Below, piece after piece: positions 30,301 to 39,512 of a DNA stretch of 64,000 nt. Source of the stretch: Candidatus Binatia bacterium (GTDB taxonomy: Bacteria; Desulfobacterota; Binatia; HRBIN30; BPIQ01); contig BPIQ01000001.1 of the NCBI GenBank assembly GCA_026004195.1, positions 653,871 to 717,870 of the forward strand, in the 5' to 3' direction. Positions within the stretch are counted from its first letter, which is position 1; every line of letters begins with the position of its first letter. A program made the position numbers and the translations under genes. Below the pieces are notes generated by a model. That model saw only the letters and a list, made by a program, of their open reading frames with translations, did not search any database and was not told the DNA's origin.

Positions 30301-31759
30301 GACGAGGACCCCCACCCCACCGCCCACCTCGGAGATCACCGCGACTCCTTCGGCGACTCTCACGGCCACGCCGAGCCCCGCTCCCACGACTCCCACCCCG
30401 ACGCCCGAATCTCCTACGCGCACCCCCACCGCTTCCGCGACTTCCACTCCTGCTTCCGCCTCTCCGACGCCGACAGCGAGCGAGGTCCCGACCGGCTCGC
30501 CGACCACGACGCCGGCCGAGGGCACGCCGACACCGACCGCCCCCACGGCGGCGCCGACTCCGAGCCCCACTGCATCCGCTTCCCCGTCTCCCACGGCCAC
30601 CGCGAGCTCGCTTCCCACTCCCGGCGTCGATCTACTCATTCTGAGCGGCCCCGAAACCCAGCCCTGCGTCTTCGACGTCGCGGCGAGTCTCATCGGCTTC
30701 GGTAACGCCTCGACACCGCTTTCGCGAATCGGGAACGACCCGCTCTTTTCCGACCCCACGGAGCTACGCTCCCGATACCGCGCCATCGTCGTCCCGGGGG
30801 GCCTGTCTCCGGCGGATTTCACGCAACTCGCGCGCCTGGTCGCTCCCGGAGGAGTTCTTTCGGAATTCGCGCGGCTCGGTGGCTCGCTCGTCCTCGACCT
30901 CCGGGGGTCGTTGCCCGACCCGCCGCCCGACGCCCTGGCTCCACGGGGCGTGAACGCGGACCTGAGCCGCACGCACGCGACGGGTGTCATCGTCGCCCCT
31001 TCCCATCCTTACTTCACGGGCTTCGGCTTCGCCGGAAGGATGCTCGGACCGGATGACTTCGAGGGCTGGGACCCCGTCGACCAGGGAAGCCTCACCGACA
31101 TCGGCGATGCGACGATCCTCGTCGGCAACGAAAGCCTGGCTCCCTCGATGATCGAGTACGCCTGGGGAAGCGGAAAGGTGATCGCCACGACCCTCAACTT
31201 CTGTGCGCAGGGCGCGAACGGGCCCGACCGTCCGGCCCTCGAGAATCTCCTGCGCTACGCGAGGTTCTTTTCCGGCACGGCCCTCACCCCGGCTCCTACG
31301 TTCACACCGACCTGGACTCCCACCGACACCCCGGTACCGCCCACTCCGACACGGACGCCCACCGGGCGGGCCACGGCCACGCCGACCCCTTCGCCGTCCC
31401 CCACCACCACCTTGCCGACGCTGCGTCCCGGAGACATCGACCGGAACGGGAAGCTCGAAGAGGCCGATCTGCGACTTCTCCTGCGGCTGCTCTTCGAGTT
31501 CAGCGGGATACCGGTTTCCGCCTCCGGTGCTCCGCGCGAAGCGGACGCGAACTTCGACGACTTTCTCACCGCGGCGGACGTCGTGGGATGGCTCGCCGCC
31601 CGCGCGGCCGAAAACGAGCGCCCGCCGTTCCAGGACAACGCCGGACCCGCCCTGCAAATCCCCTACCGCAAGGCCCTCCGCGGGAACGCGATCCGACCTC
31701 GCCCCTACGGCGCGAAGAGTGGTTCGCGCTCCTTCGGGGGTCCCGCGGCTTCCACGTAG
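27320..31759 (+). CDS. large secreted modular protein: two homologous ~370-aa modules, Pro/Thr linkers, alpha/beta domain, C-terminal dockerin-like domain
   Basis: signal peptide; duplicated motifs [40 protein letters not shown] and [14 protein letters not shown]a-binding loops. Confidence 0.8.
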   Translation: MFPRVLSRAVLPAFLGMLLFAPPALCQPRGIQQLNGFEGGGAGDYTTQGATVVEPELFPPPDPPPEGVFGFVARSGRFVLRTRSVSGEVSYAEAALPVAANQVSDGIWACFRTLPSSPRRIRSWWAGTTPVFELWLEPDGRVRLQAGARSEISTTAMADCTFDFTHYEVLYFANGSLTLRVGGFVEATLFPGLSSPVDRTRIGPDEPSGGSLELFWDDHTFGQSSLFHGELRIASLHPTQDGQFAEWTAQTNRTGPPCDDLGLFGCVLERPPDGEETLVSSDAAGTRASFCHETTADLFLFGEMLAVKTLAIARGDPGAGFELGLELDSPACGGTSGGVPVASPFSPDSSFRGFARVDEVNPLGPAPWQGIDIDRTEIFLAQASDGARVEVTQVFQEVAYDTTGFPTPTLSPSPTPTVTPSPTKTRTFTPTATPSVTPTVTRTPTPSPTPTVSPTPTPSRTPTPSPTPTPTPTATPSRTPTLTATPSPTPTRTPTPTPTTSPTPSFSPSSTPSPLPTPTGTFTPSATPSHTPSPSPTATFTPTPLPTATPTSPLRALTHLNGFEAGSREDYRVGAGVPTATSLARSGLWGMGTASAGAPEYLFFELASPTGVFTDGFWACRRTSSLSASRRIRSWLSSPVIAVVSLYLEPDFRVSVRVEGTPLGTSSTPMSACPNFTRYELQYEAGGFVRLRVDGSQEVEATHASTATIVRSHIGPDTTGSPVDLVWDDHTFSPSLVFPGELQIRGLAVTTDEQITGWGSGGGCGVPGLFTCVRDVPPNESLFVQTTLDGARIAFCHEPTSEAGIFGSILALKVTAHARRESQSVQSPMNLFVRTDAPACGGADPQRHDAPANFVPEVFYQGFGRILETNPRTGLPWTGAEIDRTSVGVTHFNDNEAARLAQVHVSVAFDTTGFPSPTATPSRTPTPTPTPRPPTPTASFSPTNSPTPTRTASSTPTPNPTSTATATFSATPSRTPTNTRTPTITRTPTNTRTPTRTPTPPPTSEITATPSATLTATPSPAPTTPTPTPESPTRTPTASATSTPASASPTPTASEVPTGSPTTTPAEGTPTPTAPTAAPTPSPTASASPSPTATASSLPTPGVDLLILSGPETQPCVFDVAASLIGFGNASTPLSRIGNDPLFSDPTELRSRYRAIVVPGGLSPADFTQLARLVAPGGVLSEFARLGGSLVLDLRGSLPDPPPDALAPRGVNADLSRTHATGVIVAPSHPYFTGFGFAGRMLGPDDFEGWDPVDQGSLTDIGDATILVGNESLAPSMIEYAWGSGKVIATTLNFCAQGANGPDRPALENLLRYARFFSGTALTPAPTFTPTWTPTDTPVPPTPTRTPTGRATATPTPSPSPTTTLPTLRPGDIDRNGKLEEADLRLLLRLLFEFSGIPVSASGAPREADANFDDFLTAADVVGWLAARAAENERPPFQDNAGPALQIPYRKALRGNAIRPRPYGAKSGSRSFGGPAAST
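28538..28978 (+). repeat. Pro/Thr/Ser-rich linker 1 (TP repeats)
   Basis: translated TPTPSPTPT repeats. Confidence 0.9.
30064..30621 (+). repeat. Pro/Thr/Ser-rich linker 2
   Basis: TPTNTRTPT and TPSPTA repeats. Confidence 0.9.
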
Positions 31760-32109
31760 GCGAGAAGGGCGCGCTCGAGCTCGCGCACGCTCGCGAGCAC
31801 GCGGTCCCGCAGCTCCGGGTGCTCCTCGGTCTTCGAACCCAGCGCGTACTGCCCGGTCACGATCGTCCTGTAGCGTTCCTCGCCCTCGTCGGCGAAATCC
31901 GTCGCCTCGAAAACGACCATCGTGTCCCCGTCCGGAGAGTTCCGCACCGTGATCGTGCTGATGAGACGGATCCGCGGGACGGGCTCCGCCGTGGGCTTCG
32001 GAGTCGGTTCGTACCATCCGAGCTCCTGCACCACGGGTGGCGGAGCGACGGCCCAGACGAAGGGTAGGAGAGAAAAAACCCAGAGGAGCGTCCACTTCGA
32101 GAACCGCAT
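31705..32109 (-). CDS. small exported hypothetical protein
   Basis: signal peptide [27 protein letters not shown]; own promoter. Confidence 0.65.
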   Translation of the reverse strand: MRFSKWTLLWVFSLLPFVWAVAPPPVVQELGWYEPTPKPTAEPVPRIRLISTITVRNSPDGDTMVVFEATDFADEGEERYRTIVTGQYALGSKTEEHPELRDRVLASVRELERALLAYVEAAGPPKEREPLFAP

Positions 32110-32134
32110 TCGTTTCCTCCAAGAGCCACGCGCG

Positions 32135-32163
32135 ACCTTATCGGCACGCCGGGACCTTTGCAA
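32135..32163 (-). promoter_or_regulatory. sigma70-type promoter TTGCAA-N17-TAAGGT
   Basis: -35 at 32163-32158, -10 at 32140-32135. Confidence 0.55.
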
Positions 32164-32172
32164 AGCCGGGTT

Positions 32173-33528
32173 TCACGGGGCGCGGCAGTTCGGGTCGGGG
32201 TGGAGACAGGGAGCGCGGACGACGATCTCGCGTTCGTTGCCGACGTTCCCCCCGACGTCACGCAAACGAACCTTGAGACGCGTGTCGCCGGGCGGGAAAG
32301 CCATCTCGAGTGCCACCCGTCCGCAGAACTGGACGGTGGAGGCGGGGTCGATCGTGGCGAAGCGGCCGAGCGGGTCCAGCGTGCAGGGCTCCGCTGGCTC
32401 CTTGGCCTCGAAGCGGCAGCCGAAGTCGTTGAGTGCATCCGAAACCGCCGGGTTTCCCTCGAAATCGGGGGGATCGACACCGGGAACTCCTCCCGTGGGT
32501 CTCGGGGTCGGAAGGCTGGGCTCGCACACGAGAGGGTTTCCGTCACCGAGCTTTTTCGAGGAAAGGATCTGGATGTCGGGACGACCTCCGGGGTTGAAAA
32601 CCTGCCGGCCCACGCGGAGCCCGCTCGTGCCCCTGCGGCCTTCGACCACGAGGAGGAAACCACTCGGAACCGGGCGGCAGAAAACGGGGATCCCCCCCTC
32701 GGTCACCTCGATCGGCGCGTCGCAGGGGTCGAACACTCCGTCGTCCCGCCTGGCGACGAAGGCCGTCACCTGCGGTCCGAAGGGCAGCGGTTCGGTGGGG
32801 GTGCGCGTCTGCGTGGCCGTCGGTGTGCGGGACGGCGAGGGCGTGGGGGTCGGAGTCGGTGTTCGCGTGGGCGTCCGGGTCAGGGACGGCGTGAACGTCA
32901 CGGTGGCAGTAGGGACGGGGGTGCGCGTCCGCGTGGGCGACGGCGTGAAGGTGGGGATTCTCGTTTCCGTCGGGGTCCGGGTCGCCGTTCCGGTTCGCGT
33001 GGGCGTGGGAGTGCGGGTGGGAGTGGCCGAGTGCGTGGGCGTGGGAGTACGGGTGGGAGTCCTCGAAGAGGTCACCGTGGGGGTAGGGCTCGCGGCGCGG
33101 GTCGCGGAGGGCGTGGCGGTCGGGGACCATGTGACGGTGCCGGTCGGGGTCGGAGTCGGAGTCCGGGAGAAGAATTCCGTCGGGGAGCCGGTCGGCGTGA
33201 CCGACGGAGATCCGGAGGGCGGAGTGCCGGTCGGAGTCTCCGTGGGAGACACGGAAACGGTCGCGGAAAAAGTGGGAGAAGGTGGGGTAGGCGAACTTCC
33301 GAAGAGGAAAAGGACCGCCACGAGGTCGGCGGCACCGACTCTGCCGTCGCCGTCGACGTCGGCTCCGGGACATCCTCCTTCTGCGAAGATCCCCTCGACG
33401 AGCGCCGGAAGGTCGGCGTCGTCGAGAAACCCGTCGCAGTTCGCGTCACCGGGAAAACCCGGCGCGGTCGCGAACGCCTGCGTGTGGCAGAGGAGACCGA
33501 GCCCCACAAGGAAGAGCGGAACCCGCAA
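32173..33528 (-). CDS. secreted protein with N-terminal dockerin-like domain, Pro/Thr linker and Cys-containing C-terminal domain
   Basis: signal peptide; [14 protein letters not shown] and [14 protein letters not shown]; ~165-aa TP linker. Confidence 0.8.
   Translation of the reverse strand: MRVPLFLVGLGLLCHTQAFATAPGFPGDANCDGFLDDADLPALVEGIFAEGGCPGADVDGDGRVGAADLVAVLFLFGSSPTPPSPTFSATVSVSPTETPTGTPPSGSPSVTPTGSPTEFFSRTPTPTPTGTVTWSPTATPSATRAASPTPTVTSSRTPTRTPTPTHSATPTRTPTPTRTGTATRTPTETRIPTFTPSPTRTRTPVPTATVTFTPSLTRTPTRTPTPTPTPSPSRTPTATQTRTPTEPLPFGPQVTAFVARRDDGVFDPCDAPIEVTEGGIPVFCRPVPSGFLLVVEGRRGTSGLRVGRQVFNPGGRPDIQILSSKKLGDGNPLVCEPSLPTPRPTGGVPGVDPPDFEGNPAVSDALNDFGCRFEAKEPAEPCTLDPLGRFATIDPASTVQFCGRVALEMAFPPGDTRLKVRLRDVGGNVGNEREIVVRAPCLHPDPNCRAP
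32795..33300 (-). repeat. Pro/Thr-rich linker
   Basis: TRTPTPT repeats. Confidence 0.88.
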
Positions 33529-33549
33529 GGGACGGCCTCTCTCGCTCGT

Positions 33550-34848
33550 TCAGCGATCCGCGAACGTGAACATCGTGATGCCGTCGCCCAGAATGGGCAG
33601 GTGGAGCTGCGGAGCCGCGAAGACGAGCCTACCGGGGCCACCTTCTCGCTCGAAGTCCGTGCAGGAAAAGTTCTCCCCGCGGAGCTCGAACTCGAGAGGT
33701 GGAACCCCGACGAGGGCGTTCGGATTCTCGACTCGTCCGAAAGACCGTTCGGTGGTGAACGCCAGAGCCAGAGAAATTCCCGTCCCCTCGTCCCCACAGG
33801 GCAGAGCGGATTCCTGCGAGAGCTCGACGGGAAACCCCTGGAGACCCAGTTGCGGAAGCGGCGCGATCACCATGGCCCCGGGGGAGACGTCGCGGTCGTC
33901 GGGCTGCACGACCCCCAAGGGGCCGTTGCAGACACCCGGATGCGGAGCACCCGCTCCCTCCACGAGACCTCCCGCCGCGAGGCAATCCTGTTCCGTAAAA
34001 CCGTCCACCCCCACCGTACCGAGCACGTGGTTCTGGACGAGCCCGGCGGAGAAAGACGCGCTCGGGCGGCACGAGAGAAGGATCGCGTCCCGGTCCACGA
34101 CCGTCTCGCCGTTCCGCTCTCCGCGGGCGACCGCACGCACCACCTGCCCTGCAGGACGACCGCAAGAGAGAAGCCCTGCCGCCGAGACCGGAGCCATCGG
34201 CTTCAGGCAAAGGACGAGACCGGCCAAGGCTCGGAGGTCGGCGAACAGGTATTCCGACGTGTCCACGATGTCCACGACGGCCACACCCGTCTGCGGGTCG
34301 GTCGGGCCCGCATGGAACACGATCTCGCCCTGGAAGGGCCCGAGGGCGAGACCGTTGACGCCGAACGACGAGCCACCGGGCGAGAGGACGAAACGCCGGG
34401 TGCCGATCTCGGGGCGGAATTGCCCGCGCAACGGCACCTCCACCGGAACGGGATCCGTGCAAGCCGATTCCCCGGCCGGCAGGAGCTCGCGGAGTGCGGC
34501 CGAGAGGCTCCGCGCGACACTCCCCCCTCGCAACCGGACGGCGGAAATTTCCACACCCGTCGGGTCGCAATCGGGAAGGTCCGGGTCGGGTGTCGCGAGA
34601 CACACCGAGAGCGAGAACGTGCACTTCCCGTCGACGGCTCCGTCCTCGTCGCACTCGGGATCGCCGTCGGCGCAGTCGACGACCCGCGATCCCGGTGCCC
34701 TCGGCTCCACTCCTCCCCACGTGAGGAGGCAATCCGTCGAACGTCGACCGCCGCCTTCGATTTCGCAGTTCTCGGGACAATCGGCCCCGGCGAGAACGGG
34801 CAAAAGGCAGAAAACGAGCGCCGAGGAAACGATGCCGAATCTTTTCAT
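33550..34848 (-). CDS. secreted Cys-rich hypothetical protein
   Basis: signal peptide; GGGRRSTDC and [20 protein letters not shown] (Asp-rich, Ca-loop-like); many Cys. Confidence 0.72.
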   Translation of the reverse strand: MKRFGIVSSALVFCLLPVLAGADCPENCEIEGGGRRSTDCLLTWGGVEPRAPGSRVVDCADGDPECDEDGAVDGKCTFSLSVCLATPDPDLPDCDPTGVEISAVRLRGGSVARSLSAALRELLPAGESACTDPVPVEVPLRGQFRPEIGTRRFVLSPGGSSFGVNGLALGPFQGEIVFHAGPTDPQTGVAVVDIVDTSEYLFADLRALAGLVLCLKPMAPVSAAGLLSCGRPAGQVVRAVARGERNGETVVDRDAILLSCRPSASFSAGLVQNHVLGTVGVDGFTEQDCLAAGGLVEGAGAPHPGVCNGPLGVVQPDDRDVSPGAMVIAPLPQLGLQGFPVELSQESALPCGDEGTGISLALAFTTERSFGRVENPNALVGVPPLEFELRGENFSCTDFEREGGPGRLVFAAPQLHLPILGDGITMFTFADR

Positions 34849-34858
34849 GCGCTTTCCC

Positions 34859-34910
34859 CCCGGAAGACTCGCGGAGAGCGCAAGATAGAGTCTTCCGGGC
34901 GACGAATCAA
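34859..34910 (-). promoter_or_regulatory. promoter TTGATT-N17-TATCTT with the -10 enclosed by a 12-bp perfect inverted repeat
   Basis: -35 at 34910-34905, -10 at 34887-34882; CCCGGAAGACTC (34859-34870) and GAGTCTTCCGGG (34888-34899). Confidence 0.55.
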
Positions 34911-34990
34911 CGCACGGAAAACCGGCCCGGCCCTGCGACGTCGAATTCCTTTCCCGAACGATCGATCCGACCGCCGAACGGCACGCGCTC

Positions 34991-35710
34991 TCAGGGCCCC
35001 AGGATGCGGAGCTCCACGCGGCGGTTCCGCGCCCTTCCTTCGGGCGTGTCGTTCGACGCGATCGGTCTCGACTCGCCGTATCCGACCACCGAGAGCCGCG
35101 CCGGGTCGATGCCGGCCGCGACGAGATAACGGTAGACCGCTCGGGCACGGCGTTCGGAGAGCTTCTGGTTGTAAGCCTCGCTCGCGATCGAATCCGTGTG
35201 TCCTTCGATCACGACCTTGACGTCCGGATTCTCGCGGAGGATGGCCACGGCCTCCTCGAGCACGGGCCGGGCATCGGGACGGATATCGCTCTTGTCGTAG
35301 TCGAACTCGACCCCGCGCAGGATGATCTTTTTCTTGACGGGCCGGGGGGTCGGGGTCGGGGGTGGGAGCGTGGGGGTCGGTGTCGGTGTCGGAGCTTCCG
35401 GATCGAACACCATGTGGCCCACGAGGCCACAGAGCACGAGACCCACGGCCCCGCCGATCAGCGCCCCTTTCCACTGCTCCTTGTCGTCGCAAACGACGAC
35501 CGGGGGCTCCCCTTCGACGTTGAGCGCCGTGCATCCCGGCCGGTTGTTCTGGATGACCCACCCGGTTCCCGCCCCGACGGCGCCGCACGCGAGCGCCGGG
35601 ACGAGCGTGCCCTTCCCCCACGGCTTGCGCGCCATTCGCCGTGCGAAGTCGCATCCGCAGAGAACGAGCAGGCACGCGCAAGCGGCCACCAACGTTCGGC
35701 TTCTGAGCAT
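34991..35710 (-). CDS. OmpA-family peptidoglycan-binding lipoprotein
   Basis: lipobox-like LCG|C, glycine-zipper segments, PT linker, FDYDKS, IEGHTDS, YNQKLSERRA, GRARNRRVE. Confidence 0.92.
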   Translation of the reverse strand: MLRSRTLVAACACLLVLCGCDFARRMARKPWGKGTLVPALACGAVGAGTGWVIQNNRPGCTALNVEGEPPVVVCDDKEQWKGALIGGAVGLVLCGLVGHMVFDPEAPTPTPTPTLPPPTPTPRPVKKKIILRGVEFDYDKSDIRPDARPVLEEAVAILRENPDVKVVIEGHTDSIASEAYNQKLSERRARAVYRYLVAAGIDPARLSVVGYGESRPIASNDTPEGRARNRRVELRILGP

Positions 35711-35778
35711 ACGGGAAAACCTGCGCTCGGGAGTTTTTAGTTTTTCAGAACCCGGGGCCGTTTTTCAAAAGAAAAACG

Positions 35779-36252
35779 CTACGGGACCGATTTCCCTCCG
35801 GGCTCGGGCGGCAGAGGTACGAGCCGGACGAGCACGATCCGTCCTTCTTCCACTTTCTTCGCGCTCGGCCGGTAAAAGCCGAGCCAAGCGAGCCAGTACT
35901 TCCGGGCGTAGAGTTCGCCGAGCCGCTCGGCGAGGCCGGGATCCGTCGAGAGTTCGGCGCGTGCAGCCACGAACGGACCGTCGGGGGAGAGCCCGACGAA
36001 AAGCCGACGACCCTTCCGGGCCCTCCTGGCCTTGTAGCTCGTCGGTTTCGTGTTGATCCAGAGCTCGCCGTCGAGAAGCCCGAACCAGACCGGCGCCGCC
36101 GGGCTCCGCGTCCCGTCCTTTCTTTCGGAAGCCACGTAAATCGTCTTCGCCCGCTCGAGCTCCCGCCGCATCTCGGGAGGCCACCCGACGGCGAACGCCG
36201 ACCCGGCCACCGCGATCCAGAACAGCACCGACCTTCCGACCGACCGTCTCAT
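35779..36252 (-). CDS. exported PPOX-like (split-barrel) hypothetical protein
   Basis: signal peptide ending AFA; ERKDG-x-PVWF, YKARR, YARKY pattern. Confidence 0.6.
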   Translation of the reverse strand: MRRSVGRSVLFWIAVAGSAFAVGWPPEMRRELERAKTIYVASERKDGTRSPAAPVWFGLLDGELWINTKPTSYKARRARKGRRLFVGLSPDGPFVAARAELSTDPGLAERLGELYARKYWLAWLGFYRPSAKKVEEGRIVLVRLVPLPPEPGGKSVP

Positions 36253-37307
36253 GGCATTTTCTCCCCGACCTTCGGCTTCTCGAAGCGTGCGGCACGCGGG
36301 CCGCGTCGGATCTCGCCGATCCACCAAGCCTGCTCTCCCCCGCGCCCGAGTTCCCCGAGGAGCTCGGGGGCGACCTTCCTCTCGACGACGAGCACGAACC
36401 CCACCCCCATGTTGAACGTCCGGTACATTTCTCTCTCCCCGACGGGCCCGAGCCGAGCGACGAGGTCGAAAATCGGCGGGACCGGCCACGTACCCTTCCA
36501 GAACACGACCCCGTGCCCCTCCGGCAGCACACGCGGGACGTTCTCGACGAGTCCTCCGCCCGTGATGTGAGCCATGGCCTTGACCCGGAAGCGCGTCAGG
36601 ATCCGGCGGACGAGCGGGACGTAAATCCTGGTCGGCCGCAAGAGCTCGTCGGCGAGCCTGCAGCCGAGCTCCGGAATGCGCGCGTCGAGGGGGAGCGCGG
36701 CTTTGTCGAGAAGGACGCGGCGCACCAGCGAGAAGCCGTTGCTGTGGAGGCCCGCCGAAGCGAGGCCGATCACGGCATCCCCCTCCCGCACGTCCCGGCC
36801 GTCGACGACTTTTTTCTCCTCGACCACGCCGACGACGAAGCCCGCAAGATCGTACTCCCCGCCGGGGTAGAACGACGGCAGCTCCGCGATTTCCCCGCCC
36901 ACCAGCGCGCAACCGGCCTCCCTGCACCCCTCGGCGATGCCCGCGAGGACTTCCTTCGCCACGCGCGTTTCGAGCCTTCCGGTCGCGAAGTAGTCGAGGA
37001 ACACGAGCGGCTCCGCCCCGAGCGTGAGTACGTCGTTGACGTTCATCGCCACGAGGTCGATTCCCACCTCGCGATGCCGTGCCGCGGCCAGGGCCACGCG
37101 CAGTTTCGTCCCCACGCCGTCCGTGGACGCGACCCAGAGGGGCCGGCGGTACCGGCGCGGCGCGCGGAAGAGAGCCCCGAACCCGCCGATGCCCCGGAGA
37201 ACCTCGGGCCGCGAGGTCTTCCGTGCGAGCTCGGCGATCGTATCCACCAGCCGACTCGCCCTGCGCGCGTCGACCCCTGCCGATCGGTAACTCAGCCCTC
37301 GCGCCAT
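36249..37307 (-). CDS. purM: phosphoribosylformylglycinamidine cyclo-ligase
   Basis: YRSAGVD, GIGGFG, STDGVGTKL, DLVAMNVND, GLHSNGFSL, HITGGG, TFNMGVG. Confidence 0.97.
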   Translation of the reverse strand: MARGLSYRSAGVDARRASRLVDTIAELARKTSRPEVLRGIGGFGALFRAPRRYRRPLWVASTDGVGTKLRVALAAARHREVGIDLVAMNVNDVLTLGAEPLVFLDYFATGRLETRVAKEVLAGIAEGCREAGCALVGGEIAELPSFYPGGEYDLAGFVVGVVEEKKVVDGRDVREGDAVIGLASAGLHSNGFSLVRRVLLDKAALPLDARIPELGCRLADELLRPTRIYVPLVRRILTRFRVKAMAHITGGGLVENVPRVLPEGHGVVFWKGTWPVPPIFDLVARLGPVGEREMYRTFNMGVGFVLVVERKVAPELLGELGRGGEQAWWIGEIRRGPRAARFEKPKVGEKMP

Positions 37308-37367
37308 GGAGAAAGAACGTCGCTCTTGTCTTGACCGCGCCCGGCGAGACCCGTATGGGAAGGCGCC

Positions 37368-38558
37368 GTGCGCGTCTTCGGGTCGAAGGAAACGCTCGGG
37401 TTCCTCGCCTGCCTTTTCGTCCTGTTCCCCGCCCCCTCTTACGCGGAGCCCTACCTCGCCCTTCGGGCCGGCGAGCCCTGCGACGCCTGTCATACCAACA
37501 TGACCGGCGGTGGCAAGCGGACGGACCTCGTAGCCATGCACGCGCGCGAGATTCTCCGCTACCCGCGCTGGCTCGGAACGTTCTTCGCCGACGCGGACCG
37601 CTTCACGGGAGAGCTTCACCCCCGCGTGTCCCTCGGCGCGGATCTCCGGACTTCCTACACCGCCCTCTTCCAGGACGAACCCGACGAACGAGGGCTCGTC
37701 GAGAACAACACGGCCTTTCGGGACTTTCACGAAAGCCGCCTCGACGTGACGCAGGCCACGGGCTTCCTCGAGCTCGAACTTTTCACGGACCGGCTGGCCC
37801 TCTACGTCGACCAGCGCCTTTCGCCCACGACGGACAACCGCGAAGCGTTCGCGTTGCTGCGGGGGCTTCCCTGGAACGGCTTTCTCAAGGTGGGACGGAT
37901 GTTCCTGCCCTACGGCCTCCAGCTCCAGGACGACCGGGCTTTTGTCCGCGACGGCTACGAAGGCGTCTCGCCACGAACCGGCTTCAGTTTCGACGCGAGC
38001 CAGGGTGCACTGGAGCTCGGAATCCGACCCGGCCCGTTCCGTTTCGTCACGGCGGTGTCCGAGGGCCGCGGCGGGGACAGAGACGTGCAGTGGACGGGCA
38101 CCGGGAGCCTCTGGCTCGGCGAACTCCCGTGGGTCGACCACGCGATGCTCGGAGGATCCTTTTCCCTCGACGACGCGGGCGACGATCCGACCTGGCTTCT
38201 CGGCGCGTTCGGGGGTCTCTCCCGGGGCCCCGTCGTTCTGCTGGCCGAAGTCGACTTCCGCAGCGAGAAGGGAGAGACGACCGGCGGGGGACGACACGGC
38301 ACTTTTCTCGCTTATGCCGAGGCGAACTATCTCCTGTTCGGCTGGCTCAACGCCAAGCTCGCCTTCGATTACGCGGACGACGACGGAGACCTCCGGCAAC
38401 GGGCCGACGACAGCGAGAATCGGCTGAGTGTCGGCTTCGAGCCTTTTCTCTCCCGTTTTCTCCAGCTCCGCTTCTTCTACCGCGTGGGAAACGGCGTGAG
38501 GTCGAGACCCGAACACAATCGCGACGAGCTTCTGGCCGAGGCGCACCTCTTCTTCTGA
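37368..38558 (+). CDS. monoheme cytochrome c-outer-membrane beta-barrel fusion (Cyc2-like architecture)
   Basis: signal peptide SYA|EPY; CDACH about 11 residues into the mature protein; amphipathic beta-strands; C-terminal EAHLFF. Confidence 0.72.
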   Translation: MRVFGSKETLGFLACLFVLFPAPSYAEPYLALRAGEPCDACHTNMTGGGKRTDLVAMHAREILRYPRWLGTFFADADRFTGELHPRVSLGADLRTSYTALFQDEPDERGLVENNTAFRDFHESRLDVTQATGFLELELFTDRLALYVDQRLSPTTDNREAFALLRGLPWNGFLKVGRMFLPYGLQLQDDRAFVRDGYEGVSPRTGFSFDASQGALELGIRPGPFRFVTAVSEGRGGDRDVQWTGTGSLWLGELPWVDHAMLGGSFSLDDAGDDPTWLLGAFGGLSRGPVVLLAEVDFRSEKGETTGGGRHGTFLAYAEANYLLFGWLNAKLAFDYADDDGDLRQRADDSENRLSVGFEPFLSRFLQLRFFYRVGNGVRSRPEHNRDELLAEAHLFF

Positions 38559-38579
38559 ACACCCCCGCGCCCCCCGTTT

Positions 38580-39017
38580 TCACGAATCGCCGGAGTCGGC
38601 ACGCGGAGCCCCGTCGAGGATCCAACCGACGATCAGAGCGATCTCGTCCTCGGAAAGCGGGGCTTCCCCGAGCGGCATGCGGCTGCCCTCGCCCGCCCGG
38701 GGCCCCCCGAGCTTGCGGACGAGAAAGCTTCGCTCCGGCTCGAACGGTGCCACCCGAAGATCTCCGGCCGCCCGCGCGGCGGGATTGTCCGGCTCGACGC
38801 CCACGAGCTCGTCGAAGGCGGCAGGCCCGGAAAGGTCGAGCCCGCCGGCCCGCGTCTGCGGAGAGTGGCAGGGCCCGGAGGTACAGCGCCGGTCGAAGAT
38901 CTCGCGCTGGATGCGTCCGAAGTCTCCACCGGTCGTGAACGCGACGGGCCCGTCACCGGCACAACCGAAAAGGCACAGGGCGGCCGCGCACCCGATCCGG
39001 CGGAGAAAGGCCCCCAC
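38580..39017 (-). CDS. lipoprotein with atypical CxxxxCH cytochrome c domain
   Basis: lipobox LFG|C; IFDRRCTSGPCHS; PERSFLVRKL, RMP, LIVGWILDGA resembling planctomycete-type cytochrome c domains. Confidence 0.65.
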   Translation of the reverse strand: MGAFLRRIGCAAALCLFGCAGDGPVAFTTGGDFGRIQREIFDRRCTSGPCHSPQTRAGGLDLSGPAAFDELVGVEPDNPAARAAGDLRVAPFEPERSFLVRKLGGPRAGEGSRMPLGEAPLSEDEIALIVGWILDGAPRADSGDS

Positions 39018-39056
39018 GAGGCGACCCGGACGCGAGCAGCCGCGGAGAGGGTTCCC

Positions 39057-39422
39057 TCAACGAGAACGGGCTTCGAGCACCGTGAGAGCGCTCATCCCGT
39101 GCTTCGTATGCTTTTCGCCCTTGACGACGGCGTTCTCGCCCGCGAGTTTTTTCGCTTCCTCGTACGGCTCGGAGTTCGCGTGGTCGTCGATGAGGAGATA
39201 GAGTTCGCCGTTTTCCGTGAGAAGCCCGATCGGTTTACCCCCTTTGGCGCACATCTTCGCGCAGCTCGCGTGTCCGGCACCCCTCTTACCGTGGCCGAGA
39301 TAACAGGCGAGGTCGACGATTTCCCCTTCGACGGTGACCGGCTCCGCGAAGACCCTGCCGGTCCAGAAAAACACGAGGCCCGACACGAGAGAAAGGAGAA
39401 CCGCCTGTCGGAACGTTCTCAT
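39057..39422 (-). CDS. periplasmic Cys/His-motif hypothetical protein
   Basis: signal peptide VFA|E; GEIVDLACY...HASCAKMC; SD AAGGGAG. Confidence 0.72.
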   Translation of the reverse strand: MRTFRQAVLLSLVSGLVFFWTGRVFAEPVTVEGEIVDLACYLGHGKRGAGHASCAKMCAKGGKPIGLLTENGELYLLIDDHANSEPYEEAKKLAGENAVVKGEKHTKHGMSALTVLEARSR

Positions 39423-39457
39423 ACCCACCGCTCCCTTGGACAACGATGCCGGGCCCT

Positions 39458-39486
39458 AGTAAACTCTCCCAACGTGGCCTTGTCAA
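39458..39486 (-). promoter_or_regulatory. promoter TTGACA-N17-TTTACT for the 39422/39017 unit
   Basis: perfect -35 at 39486-39481, weak -10. Confidence 0.45.
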
Positions 39487-39512
39487 TCGGAGAGGGCGCA
39501 AGCGGCGCGGGA

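Noticed and set aside
28027..30990. Val/Gly-rich minus-strand ORFs 28027-28992 and 30022-30990
   Set aside because: Antisense shadows of the Pro/Thr linkers
28538..33300. Repetitive DNA as a possible CRISPR array or tandem repeat locus
   Set aside because: Degenerate codon-level repeats inside CDS; no fixed repeat-spacer units and no cas genes
31922..35220. 988-aa and 1020-aa plus-strand ORFs
   Set aside because: Antisense to well-formed secreted genes; long open frames are expected at this GC content
39441..39479. CAACGATGCC / CAACGTGGCC direct repeat as a LytTR site
   Set aside because: 29-bp period rather than the usual ~21-22 bp; could be chance
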